A stretch of DNA of 43,311 bases from Octopus bimaculoides (GCF_001194135.2 NC_068998.1:47172320-47215630); one strand, 5' to 3'. Shown: positions 24,663 to 36,497, numbered from the stretch's first letter. A program made the numbers and translations. Notes: a model not told the origin generated them from the sequence alone.

Positions 24663-24818
24663 TTAAATATATATATACATACCTTCACCTACGAATATAA
24701 ACTCAACACTGTATTGAGTGCTCTTTTTTTTACTTTCATCTGTACACACATTAAGGCGTGTATACATATATATATATATATATATACAGCTGAGACCCTA
24801 ATAGAAAGATCTCCATTT

Positions 24819-24869
<51 letters not shown>

Positions 24870-25840
24870 CTATAGAAAGAAAGACACACATACACGGCCA
24901 TTTATGTTTAGCTGTATGTCAATACGAGTATATATATATATGATAGTAACATAGTAATGTGTACACAACTACATCAATATGTACTATCCCATACACGTAC
25001 AGACCATATAATACACACGCCTGTTTAGACATACACATATCTCTACCTGTGCTTATACATCTACATATTTATACATACATGGCATTGGTCGTTGTATATA
25101 CGTCCATTATTGCTGTATACAGCATTTCCAAAGCGAATAATACGTATATATATATATATATATATAGTCACTTACCTGTGTATATAGATGTGACACCATA
25201 GACTCAGAGTAATCCGACACTGCCATTTTGCCACCAAAATACAGGCAACGTCTCTCAAGCTTTTAATTTACGATATATAAATATATATATATATACAGAT
25301 ATATATATATATATACTTAAATATATATATGGTTAGTGTTTAGTGTGTAGTATATACATCCGCATGTGTGTGTGTATATATAGAAGTACTGTTTCTAGAG
25401 AGAGGGAGTGACTTTCTTCCTAAGCCCTCTCTTCTTCAATGATATGTACAAACAGATATACATGTGTGTACCTGTTGTAGCTGGGATGGATAGTGTGTGT
25501 GTGTGTGTGTATAAATATAATGTGTGTGTGTTTGTGTATATATGTATGTAAATATATATATATGTGTGTGTGTATATATATATATAATGTGTGTGTTTGT
25601 GTATATATGTGTGTATATATGTATGTGTGTATATATATATATGTGTGTGTGTATATACGTGTATGTGTGGTGGTATGTGAAGGTATATTATATATGTCTA
25701 TATGTATGTATGTCGGTTTGTGTATCTGTGTGTATGATAGCTGTCTAATTTGTGTATGTATGTGCGTATTATATCTGTGTATGTGTGTGTATGAGTGACT
25801 GTGCGTGTGTATTATGTGTGTGTATATATGTGTGTGTACT
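24150..25840. repeat. Compound microsatellite field (TA)n/(CA)n/(TG)n
   Basis: Directly visible. Similar fields occur at 460-660, 800-1145, 9380-9740, 12420-12560, 14070-14300, 27000-27260, 39500-39645 and 42825-43311. Confidence 0.95.
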
Positions 25841-27166
25841 TTTATTGGGGGTGGTGGGGGTGGGGTGTCTCGAGATCTTTTGTTTTCTTTTGTTTATTTT
25901 TTCTTTTTCACAAGTTTGACAAGAAAATAATTTTATCAAAAGACAAAAAAAAACAATAATTAAATAAAATGCTTTAAAAAAGGAAGGGAAACAGTAGAAA
26001 AACAAAGAGAGAGAGATAGACAGTGAGAGAGAGAGAAAAGAAAGAGAAAGAAAAAAGAAAGGAGAAAAAAGGAAGAAAGTTAGAAAGAAAGAATGAAAGA
26101 AAAACAGACAGGCAGACAGACAGACAGACAATCAACAAGTTACCACCAGCATCATCATCCTGATCACTACTGTGTTGTCAATGATGATGATGATTGTGGT
26201 GAGTGTTGTAGTGGAGTGTGGTGGTGGTGGTGGTGGTGGTGGAGGTAGCGAAGGTTGATTGATGAATTGGTAAACGGTTTGGTTTGGTTTGGTAAATTCC
26301 AGTCATTAGAATAAATAATTAATCCACTGGTAGTCACAGAAAGGTGTAGGTATTTGTTTGATGGTTTGAAACGATTCCAGTGTTTGTTTTACATTAATAA
26401 CAATTAATTAATTAATTAATTAATTAATTAATTGATCAATCCAATTATAGTACTGCATGCAGTAGAAAGAGTGGTGCCTCTGTTGTTAATGATTGGCTTC
26501 GTTACGTCTCTGTAAGAATGGCTTGGCTTGGTTCGGTTTGGTTCCAGTCCGATATATTATTATTATTATTATTACTATTATTATTATTATTATTATAATA
26601 TTACACGCTGTGGAGTATTTATAATGCGTTAGAGGTGACGATGACAATAATGATGGTAGTAGTGGTGCTGGATGTAGTGGAGGTGGTGGTAGTGGTGGTT
26701 GTCGTTGGTAACAGCAGTTGTTATTTTTTATTGTATGTAGTTTGATGTAGTAGGGGAGACTAGATTGTCGAAATATCCTCTTTAATCCTCCTTTCTCTAT
26801 ATTCTGTTCTTTCTTTGTCTCTTTCTACCTCTCTCAATATAATATAATACAATATTATATATTTCTCTTTCACCGGGATGTTTCTTTAATAACCATAATT
26901 ATAATTGTCAACTCTTGCTGGGTTAATAAATGAAACATAACTATTTTAATTAATAATAACAATACTAGTATTATTATTATTATGTCTAGAATATCACATG
27001 GTATATATATACATATATTTATATATATACACACACTTTTGTGTGTTTCTATGTCCAGGAGAGATTGCTTTTTGGTGTGCTCCGATATTTTCAATGAATG
27101 AAGAAATATCAATGAACGAAGAGAAGCAACAGTGTGTATATATACATCTATATATACGTGTGTGTA

Positions 27167-27201
<35 letters not shown>

Positions 27202-27599
27202 TATATATATACAGATATATTTATATATATATATATATTGATATGTATGTATATGCCTGTGGAAAGTTTATTTACGTAGACACCAGTGGTATCAACATCA
27301 TTCAGTATAATTTTCTTTCCTTCTCAAACACGCATTTTTTTTTTATCTGGCTATTATAAATATATATGGATGTATATTTATGGATTTCTGTATAAATTTG
27401 TGTTTGTGTCTCTGTAGGAATGTATTGCGAGACAGAAAAAGAAGTCAACTTTCCATCAAGCTTGACACTGTAGCCATTTTTTTGTGTGCCTCTCTTTCTC
27501 TTTCTCTCTCTCTCCTCCTCTCTCTCTTAGTGAATGGCCAGAGCGAGGCTGGGAGCGAGCGGTATGAGGTGTGGACAGAGGTATATTGAGATAGAGAGG

Positions 27600-28740
27600 G
27601 TTGGCAGGTAGATAGATAGGAAGTAGTGAGTAAATGAGAGCGAACACAGAGAGAGGAAACAGCGAGAGAGAGAGACTGAGAGTGAGAAGCAACTATCCAA
27701 GAGAAAAACAGAGGGAGAGAAGGGAGTGTAAAGGTATAGAAAGACGAAATCAGAGAAGGGAGAATGAATGAGTGAGTGAGAGAGTGAAAGGGAAGTAACT
27801 ATGTGAGAGAGAGAGAGACAACTATGTAAGAGGGAAAGAGAAAGAGAGAAGCACTATGTAACAGAATGAGAGAACGAAAGAAGTCGAAAAGCTGATATTT
27901 TGAGAGAGAGAGAGAGAGAGAGAGAGGGAGAAGCAAGTATGTGAGGGAGTGCGAAAGGAAATGGGAAGCTACGTAGAAAAAGAGATGGAGGAGATAGAAG
28001 CAAGCATGTGAGGAAGAATGGGAAGAATAGAAAGGCTAATAAGAAAGAGCGAGAGAGAGAAGTAAGTATTTGGAAGGGAGTGAAAAGAAAAGAAAGATAG
28101 AAATGAGAGAGGAATAAGGGAAGGAGTGTGAGAGATATAGAAGGAAAGGAAAGTGGGGGGGATAGTGAAAGGAATAGAGAGTAAGGTAGTATGAGGGGGA
28201 GAGAGATTGAGTAAGCGGAAAGAAAGGGAAGGATAAGAAAGGTAAAGCGTGGTTGGGATGGAGATAAAGTTGGAGAACGTAAGAGGAAGGGAAGAGTATA
28301 TTAAAGAGAAAGTAAGCAGTGAGAGGGGGGAAGAAAGTGGAGAGAAGATAGATATAAAGGGAGAAAGAGAGAGTAGCTGTCAGAGGAAGGGAAAAGAATA
28401 GAGAGAGAGGTAGAGATGCAGAAAGAGTAAAAGAGGGGAAGAGAGAGGGGAGAAAAAGTAGAGAAAGAAACGGAGGGGAAGAGGAAGCACGAGAGGGAAA
28501 GAGGGAGGGAGGGAGAAAAATGAATCTTAAGGAGGGTGACAAGGTAGAAATAGTTGAGGTAGAGGGGAGGAACGAAAACAATGAGAGAGGAACGAGAGGA
28601 AATAATGTAGAAGAGGAGGAGAAGGAGGAGGAGAACAATAGAGGGGGTCGGATTAGGAGTAAATAAAGAAAAGAGGTTGAAATAGAGGGAGATTGTGTGA
28701 GAGAGAGGGGGGAGGGAAGAGGAGAAATAACAAGTGACAT
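27600..28740 (+). repeat. GA-rich polypurine low-complexity tract
   Basis: About 1.1 kb almost entirely A/G on the plus strand; it generates the spurious 234-aa S/L/P/F ORF. Confidence 0.9.
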
Positions 28741-29034
28741 AAGTATAGGGAGACGTTATTTAGTAGTTTTAACCAGTGGACTGCGGTCATGCTGGAGCAC
28801 TACTTTTAATATAATCACATCGATCCCAGAACATAGAATGATAACTCATTTTATGGATCTCTATTTATCCAATGTCTGAGGTCACCGTATTTGAATGATG
28901 TCCCTTTTAATGGTGTAAATACCACAAGGTATACATCGGTATAACACAAACTGATTAGTTTTCTTCTTCTTCTTCTTCTTCTTCTTCTTCTTCTTCATGA
29001 AGTGCTGACAGCGCAGTCACAACGCTAAATCCTC

Positions 29035-29295
29035 AATTTTTTTTTTTAATACATACTCCTGTCTCCTCAGGAGTATAAAACGATGTTCTGGAGTTACTGG
29101 ATGTCAAAGAACCCCCCGGAATGGGTGGTAAAGTATCGGCTAAATGCGGTCCATGCTTGGCCTCCATACAACAGTGTCTAGAAACACAGACAGGTCTGTA
29201 GGCGACGGCCTTGTTGCTATGGAGGCCGAGAAGGGTATTTCTGAAGATACTTTTTCTGAAACAGCCAAAGAATACAGAAACTTGTCTGTGACGGT
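29035..29295 (-). mobile_element. RTE-clade LINE fragment, RT C-terminal region
   Basis: FGCFRKSIFRNTLLGLHSNKAVAYRPVCVS, frameshift, then TLLYGGQAWT; matches the RTE consensus AFGRL..RVF..R.L...TK.AVYRA...STLLYGSEAWT. Confidence 0.8.
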
Positions 29296-29296
29296 T

Positions 29297-29350
29297 TAGA
29301 ACAGGGGTTCTCAACCATTTTTTACCTTTCGACCCCTTTGATTACTATTT
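29297..29350 (+). mobile_element. hAT/Charlie-like MITE left terminus
   Basis: CAGGGGTTCTCAACCATTTTT...GACCCCTTTG. A complementary right-end-like fragment GGTTGAGAATTCCTG lies at about 4945-4960. Confidence 0.5.
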
Positions 29351-29484
29351 TATTCTGGTTGAGAGGTTGAAAAGCTTACTTCTGAACCATATGGTCTTAG
29401 GTTCAATCCCACAGCTTAAGCAAGTATCTTCTATTATAACCGCGGGCCGACCAAAGCCTTGTAAAATGGATTAGAAGCTGAAAG

Positions 29485-29650
29485 AGGTTTCCCATCCTTA
29501 TTGCTGGAGAAAACAGATTGGTCACCCTTGATTTTATTGCTGGTCAACGATGTCCGCATCCTTCCAATACTGAGGCACATTGCCTACATAAGGTGTCTGT
29601 TTCTGCTATAAGATGCAACGCACTCATAGTTGAATACTTGAGTATCAAGC
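29485..29650 (-). mobile_element. RTE-clade LINE fragment, start of RT domain
   Basis: VGNVPQYWKDADIV, frameshift, then KIKGDQSVFSSN (~GxVPQDWKDAxIVxLYKxKGDRSDCxNYRGISLL). Confidence 0.7.
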
Positions 29651-29680
29651 CCCAGCTTCATCGGAGCATGTCTATCTGTC

Positions 29681-29760
29681 TTTCCGTCCGTTGGATCGTC
29701 CGTCCGTTGGATCGTCCGTCCGTTCGATCGTCCGTCCGTCCGTTCGATCGTCCGTCCGTC
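29681..29760. repeat. CpG-rich minisatellite, ~16-bp unit TCCGTCCGTT(G/C)GATCG
   Basis: About 4.5 tandem units. Confidence 0.85.
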
Positions 29761-29942
29761 TATCTGTCTGTATGTATGTCTCTTCTATTTCTTAATTATT
29801 ATAAATCTTCCACTGAGGAGGGAGCCGGTTTCCAACAAAAATACAAATGGCTCTATCTTTGATATTCACCTGATATTGTTTGGATATACAAATTAGATCG
29901 ATCAAACAAGGTGTCTCAATTTAAGTACCTAATTTAACTGAA

Positions 29943-29984
<42 letters not shown>

Positions 29985-30040
29985 NNNNNNNNNNNNNNNN
30001 NNNNNNNNNNNNNNNNNNNNNNNNNNNNNNNNNNNNNNNN

Positions 30041-30230
30041 TATAACTCTTCGAAACGCTTAGTTTTAGAATGGTGGCAGCTGATGAAGGAAATGTTCTCT
30101 ATGTGGCCTGTGTGTTTTCTGTACTCTGTTTACCATTTTGTCCACGTTTTTTTGCAACGTCCTGTACCCAGATATGCATCTATATATACATGTAGATGTA
30201 GGTATGCACATACATGTACGTATATATGCA
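30041..30230 (+). mobile_element. Dispersed repeat P, putative Penelope-like terminal region
   Basis: CGAAACG...AATGGTGGCAGCTGATGAAGG...TATGTGGCC...TTTACCATTTTGTCC...ACGTCCTGTACCCAG; homologous to the reverse complement of 655-800 and to 11887-12110. Confidence 0.45.
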
Positions 30231-30419
30231 TATAATCATTTATTATTTATATTATATATATATATATGCATATACACGACGGGACCCCTTCAGTTTCTGT
30301 CTACCAAATCCATTCATAAGGCTTTGGCTGCCCTTCGCTATAGTAAAAGATACTTGCCCGGAACCATATAGATGGGAAGCGAGCTTCTTACCACACAGCC
30401 ACAAGAACATTCAATATTT

Positions 30420-30720
30420 GTTTAATTTAGAGTGTGTTGGCCAAGGTGACCACAAAGCCCTTCCAGTGATCTGAGAAGGCTTTGGAACAAAAGATTTCGG
30501 AAAACTGATGTTGTACCTGTATGACCTTGGTGTGAACCTAGCTCTAAAATATAAAGAATAGACAGGAGTTCTCTACCCTGATTGTTGGAGAAAACAGATT
30601 TGTCACCCTTGTTCTTGTTAACCGGTAAATCAAGTCAATACCCTCTGAAAGCTGCGGTACATCACCAAGGCAACAGCGGTTAAGCCGCTTCACATTATAC
30701 TAAATGTGACCACATGCAAT
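30420..30720 (-). mobile_element. RTE-clade LINE fragment, start of RT domain (second copy)
   Basis: GDVPQ...NKNKGDKSVFSNNQGRELLSI and downstream KAF..SLEGL (~KAFDTVSREGLW), frameshifted. Shares about 36 bp with 29495-29530. Confidence 0.7.
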
Positions 30721-31764
30721 TGTTATCTCATTGGAATGCCATATGAGGGATGCATAACCACACAAGAACTCTCCCATCTCAGTCATACTTAAGGACCTTT
30801 TTAATGAGAAAATAACGTACAGGGAACAACCTACCATACACAAAAGAACTAGGTACAAGTGTGTGGTGTGTGTGTGTGTGTGTGTGTGTGTAGCCGAAGA
30901 AAATACTATGAAAATTGTATTTTATAGCTAATAAATAAGTGAAGGCGTTTTCCCCCCACTTTTTCGATGCAGTTATGGGGACAGAAGATATTGTCACTGA
31001 GTTGTAAGATTTTACACCAGTTATTTTGATATCCGTTCACAACTTTTCCGCACTACCCCAACCACGAAACCGAAAATCGTGAAAATACCCTCCACCCTAA
31101 TGTACTGGCTGTACGCGTTCTTGTGCGTGTCAGTGTGATTTGAATTTAAATTGCATGACTTATGCCCAGAATTTAAAACACTGTCACCTTTATACACCAA
31201 AGGAGAAAACTGCGAGGAGAATTCGTGTATTGCAATCCAAGTTTCCTTTTACTGGTTTCCATTGTAAGAAAGATCACTGAGAACATATAGAAAAAAAACA
31301 AAGCAAACGAACAACCAAAAAAAGATCAGGAGATTCAGTTCATATTTATTTAGTCATCTTACACGTATTTCATTAACAATAATTATAGTATCCGTTGTAT
31401 AAAGAAAATCTTATGAGCAAACTATATTATCAAATCGCCAGAGATTACGTAACACTCGTAAATATCGTTTAAGATTTATTCATTGACTCCGAACAGTGTC
31501 ATAGTTTTTATGACCATAGCTACTATGTTAAACTTAATTTTCTTAAATACCCAGTAAAGAGAATATTCCTTATCGTAGTAGAAAAGGAGGTTAACACCTG
31601 TATTTCCAGTGAGTAGAGGGATATATCGGTTACAGAAATCCTAGCGGGACTTTTCTAAATTTCATTTCTCGCGTTTGGCAACTATGCTGTTAATTTCCAT
31701 TATCAGCGAAACATGTTGGAGTGAAAGGTCTAGAGACACTGATCTTAAACTACACTGGAAGCCA

Positions 31765-31820
<56 letters not shown>

Positions 31821-31823
31821 CTC

Positions 31824-31887
<64 letters not shown>

Positions 31888-31970
31888 CAGGTAACAAAAA
31901 AGAAAAAAAAATGAATGTAGAACACAATAAGTTACTAAATCGAACGATGGAAAGTATAACCTTATGCAGA

Positions 31971-32869
31971 CGAAATTTTTTCATATAATTCTTTAATTTT
32001 GTTGTATCTTGGGAGGGTCATTATATCAATAATAAACATACGCACTGGTTCTATTTCACTTCTTTATTATTATTTGTCAGTTAATTAGCTATTTAATCTA
32101 CTAACTAATTGATTGTTTGACTAATCATTCGGTTAAACAATCAATCAGTTATTTTTGTCAACGTCTTTTCGTTGCCATTCGCGATTTCTTCAATGACATA
32201 CCTGAAGCCTACCTGAAGTAGAGAGGGCATGTCATTCAAGAGGTCATGAATGGCAAAGAAAAGACTTTGACTAACGTAAGTGACTGAGGGATTAAACGAA
32301 TGATTAATCGAACAATCGATTAGCTAGACGGTTAAATAGCTAACCAACTAACAAATACTAAAGAAGTGAAATGCAGCCAGTGAATGTGTTTCTTATTGGC
32401 ACTAATTGTTGTTGTTGGCACTCTGTCGCTTACGACGTCGAGGGTTCCAGTTGATCCGATCAACGGAAGAGCCTGCTCGTGAAATTAACGTGCAAGTGGC
32501 TGAGCACTCCACAGACACGTGTACCCTTAACGTAGTTCTCGGGGGATATTCAGCGTGACACAGAGTGTGACAAGGCTGACCCCTTTGAATTACAGGTACA
32601 ACAGAAACAAGAAGTAAGAGTGGGAGAAAGTTGTGGTGGAAGAGTACAGCAGGGTTCGCCACCATCCCCTGCCGGAGCCTCGTGGAGCTTTAGGTGTTTC
32701 TGCTCAATAAACACTCACAACACCCGGTCTGGGAAACGAAACCGCGATCCTATGACCGCGAGTCCGCTGCCCTAACCACTGGGCCATTGCGCCTCTACAT
32801 TGGCACTAATACCCTCCCGAGGTAGAACAAAATCTGCTTCGATACAAGAGTTCACATTAAGAATTTCGC
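31971..32869. repeat. Long imperfect inverted repeat (fold-back), interrupted by SINE C
   Basis: Core arms 32043-32203 and 32225-32382 are about 79% complementary around a 21-nt spacer; complementarity resumes beyond the SINE. Confidence 0.85.
32407..32798 (-). mobile_element. SINE family C, full-length and young
   Basis: tRNA-like head (A box TGGCCCAGTGG, B box GGTTTCGTTTCC), 3' stem-loop CGTCG-TAAG-CGAC and (AAC)n tail. Perfect 12-bp TSD ATTGGCACTAAT at 32395-32406 and 32799-32810. Confidence 0.95.
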
Positions 32870-33094
32870 AAATCAAACACAAAAACGAAATAAATTCTAT
32901 AAGAAATCTTCCGTAATCCGACCTGTGTGGGACTGTGAAGAAGGCCTAGTGGCGAACGATGTTGTATCGAACACACGTTTAATATACGAAAGTATTACGA
33001 ACAAAAAAAAAAGAAATAAGTTACGATTAACATGTTTAATGCATGGAGGATTAAGACAGCTAAAATACATTAATGTTGTCATATTTAATTCTCT

Positions 33095-33405
33095 TACTCT
33101 TTACTCTTTTACTTGTTTCAGTCATTTGAATGCGGTCATGCTGGAGCACTGCCTTTAGTCGAGAAAAACGGTCCCCAGGACTTATTCTTTGTAAGCCTAG
33201 TACTTATTCTATCGGCTCCTTTTTGCCGAACCGCTAAGTTACAGGGACGTAAACACACCAGAATTGGTTGTCAAGCGAAGTTGGGGGGGACAAACACAGA
33301 CACAGACACACAAACACGCATACATATCTATATATACATATATACGACGGGCTATAGTGGAAGACACTTGCCCAAGGTGTCACGCAGTGGGGACTGAACC
33401 CGGAC
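33095..33405 (-). mobile_element. SINE family A, internally deleted
   Basis: Reverse complement of the family A tail, middle and partial head. Confidence 0.85.
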
Positions 33406-33484
33406 TATCCACCTCCCATCAAATTTCCCGTTTCTTTAGAAAAAAAAAATTTATTTGCCTTTAACAGAAAGGATTATTTCAGCG

Positions 33485-33705
33485 GGGTCGGAGCAATGAA
33501 CTTCTAATTGTTTGATCGTAGGACAAAAATGCCGTGTTCGTTTCTTACAGCTGTTTACGTTCTGGCTTCGAATTTTGCTGCGATCATCATTAATCTTTTC
33601 GGTGTCTGATAAAACATAGCAGTAATGAAATACAGACGTCGATGCTATTGACTAACTCGTCTCCTCAAAATTGCTGGCATTGCGCCTAAATAAATGATAA
33701 TAAAA
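33485..33705 (+). mobile_element. SINE family B-like, degenerate
   Basis: TTTACGTTCTGG...AATCTTTTCGGTGTCTGATAAAA...GTCGATGCTATTGACTAA...AAATTGCTGGCATTGCGCC. Confidence 0.6.
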
Positions 33706-33989
33706 AAAAGACCGCTTTTAATTCAGTATTAAACCGTTATTTATTCAATGAATCTGTTTTACCGGTAAAGTCATAATAAGCAGGAGTTGCCTCCCTTGCA
33801 TGATTAGAAAAAGCAGGTTTGTCTCAAAACCTTATTTTTCTACTAACATTCTTAATGCTTTTTCTCAAATTTCTTTCTTTCTTTTTTTTTTTTTACTTAA
33901 CTAGTTTCAGCTCGACAGCTGCGGCCATGATGGGGCACCACCGTTAGCCTTGCTACATTTTCACTACTTGTGAAACCTCCTCTGATAAT

Positions 33990-34260
33990 GTGGCATTTAG
34001 TGAATGAGGGAGTTTGATGTTGCTGCCCTCTTCCGCTTTTCTTGCCGCGAGGTAGGTTCATCCAGAACTCTTGACAGGAGGAGATCCAGTTTTCTTTCGA
34101 AGACGCCTACATCCACCACACGTAGATCTCCAGAGCTTTGTGGAAGGCTATTGAAGAGCTGTGAGCCTTTGAAATCCAAGCTGTTACAGTATCTATTCCT
34201 GTAAGCTGATAGCAATGTTAGGATTTTTGAGACCATGAAGTGGCGCCCCGTATTTAATAC
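33990..34260 (-). mobile_element. CR1/L2-group LINE 3' end fragment
   Basis: RNRYCNSLDFKGSQLFNSLPQSSGDLRVVDVGVFERKLDLLLSRVLDEPT matches the CR1/L2 ORF2 C-terminus pattern (xWNxLP...FKxxLDxxL). Confidence 0.75.
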
Positions 34261-34424
34261 TCCATATATGGAATATAAAATTTTATTTATCATAGCAATT
34301 TCAATTCTCCATACATTATATACCGGTCCGACATCGATTTTCTGGAATTTTTGGTTTCAAATCCTTTCTGGATTTGTTGATTTTTCGGAACCATAAATGG
34401 TCGCCTCTAAATTAAACAATTATT

Positions 34425-34635
34425 GGTTTCAAATTTTAGTACTAGGCCAGCAATTTCGGGTGAGTGGGTAAATCGATTACATAGATCCATTGTTTAACTA
34501 GTACTTATTTCATCGACCCTAAAAGGGATAAAAGAAAAAGTCGACCTCTTCAGAATTTGAACTCAAAACGTAAAGATAGACAAACTGCAGCTATGAGTTT
34601 TACCCAAAGTGCTAACGGTTCTGCCAGCTCACTGC
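34425..34635 (-). mobile_element. SINE family B
   Basis: Reverse complement of the core and head. Confidence 0.8.
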
Positions 34636-35192
34636 TTTGAAATAAATATTAAATTAACTTTAATTAAAGGAAATATAGGTACCTATACATTAGTGTAAAT
34701 GATACAAATGTATTAATACTGTTCTGTGTTAGGTACTAATCGGTGTAAGGTACCAGTAAACTAGTCTGGCGGCCGCAGGAACTTGAAGTTCCCGCGCGTA
34801 AATTACGCTTTGTAGGAACTTGTATGCCAAAGACTTGACCCAACGTTTCTTCTGCGTGTTGTAAAAAGCGATTAAAAGAGGTTGAGGTAGAAAATACTCA
34901 ACTTTCTCGTAAAACCCTCACCAGTAACGACTATCCAAACAGACCCCATGGGTTGGAGGGTTGTCACTCGAGTGGTGCAAAGGTGTCACCCACCAGGAGT
35001 AGGGCATCACCAATAAATGGTGGATGCAGCAACATGCTGCTACAGCGCATTATTCCATACTACTACTACTACTACTACACGTAAATTAGCAAGGATTATA
35101 AGAGGTTCCGAACCATCAGTGTCCGGGAAGTCGGTGTTGTACGTGCAAAGTAACCCTAACTTATTTTGGCTTTTTTTCTTTAAATAATCTCA

Positions 35193-35504
35193 GCATGGCT
35201 GTGTGGTAAGTAGCTTGCTTACCAACCACATGATTCTGGGTTCAGTTCCACTGCGTGACAACTAGGGCAAATGTCTTCTACTATTGCTTCGGGCCGACCA
35301 AAGCCTTGTGAGTGGATTTGGTAGACGGAAACTGAAAGAAGTCCGTCCTATATATATGTATATATATATATAGATGTATGTGTGTTTGTGTGTCTGTGTT
35401 TATCCCCCCACCATCGCTTGACAACCGATGCTAGTGTGTTTACGTCCCCGTAACTTAGCGGTTCGACAAAAAGAGACCGATAGAATAAGTACTAGGCCTA
35501 CAAA
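35193..35504 (+). mobile_element. SINE family A, truncated by an N gap
   Basis: Near-consensus head and middle. Confidence 0.9.
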
Positions 35505-36299
35505 NNNNNNNNNNNNNNNNNNNNNNNNNNNNNNNNNNNNNNNNNNNNNNNNNNNNNNNNNNNNNNNNNNNNNNNNNNNNNNNNNNNNNNNNNNNNNNNN
35601 NNNNNNNNNNNNNNNNNNNNNNNNNNNNNNNNNNNNNNNNNNNNNNNNNNNNNNNNNNNNNNNNNNNNNNNNNNNNNNNNNNAGTATTTATTTCATCGAC
35701 CCCGAAAGGATGAAAAACCAAATCAACCTCAGAGAATTTGAACTGCTAGGTATTTCGCGGTAACGATTCTGCTTTGTTCGTCGTCTGATCTTGTTAAAAT
35801 AATGGTGAGAGACCCACAAAAGCGCGTACATTTGTTGGCAACGAGAAGAAAAATCTTTGGACAAATCCGTTTCACCATTACAGTCTGTTGCGAAGATTGG
35901 TCCTTTACAGTCCACCTCATATTCTTTCAACTGAGTTTTCCACAGGCATTTGTAAACTTACCGAAATATTCAATCAGACCCAGTATAATTACTGGTGCAA
36001 TCCATCCTCTATGTTATTCACAGATATTTCTACTCTTAACGTTGAACTCGGCCAAATTCAAAAGGATACAGGGACAAAGTCAGTTCTTTGAGTTACAGGG
36101 ACAGAGTAGGGGAAGTTTTCGCACAGTGTCTGTCTCACGTTGTGGAATCATTGTGGCCGAGTATTCTAAATACATTAGTCCTCTTCTTCTTCATGGTAGT
36201 CTGTGGTAGTCGGAGAAAGACGATTCCGCAATTTCTTGCAGAACAACCTGCGCAAGAAATTCGTGACCAAATGTATGGGCTGTACATTAGCTCACTCAC

Positions 36300-36497
36300 T
36301 CACTCCCTCCATCAGATCGGCGTTACCTGAACAGGTGCACAGGTGTGTCACACGTCAGGTGTCGAAGTGATCGCAGGGCAACGTGAAATGAAGTGTTTTG
36401 TTCAAGAACACAAACTACTGTCCGGTTCGGGAATCGAAACCACGATCTCGCGATCGTGAGTACAACACCCCTAACCACTAGGCCACGATCCCTCACG
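36300..36497 (-). mobile_element. tRNA-derived SINE family I (related relics at 8705-8935 and 10385-10510)
   Basis: Minus strand TGGCCTAGTGGTTAG (A box) and GGTTTCGATTCC (B box), then GTGTTCTTGAACAAAACACTTCATTTCACGTTG, a V/Meta-type central-domain-like segment. Confidence 0.75.

Noticed and set aside
28036-28740. 234-aa S/L/P/F-rich ORF that looks like a membrane protein
   Set aside because: It is the antisense of the GA-rich tract; pyrimidine-only codons cannot form stops.
31254-31267. RFX X-box-like GTTTCCATTGTAAG
   Set aside because: Two mismatches, and it lies >6 kb downstream of the ciliary gene; no convincing X-box upstream of the ATG.
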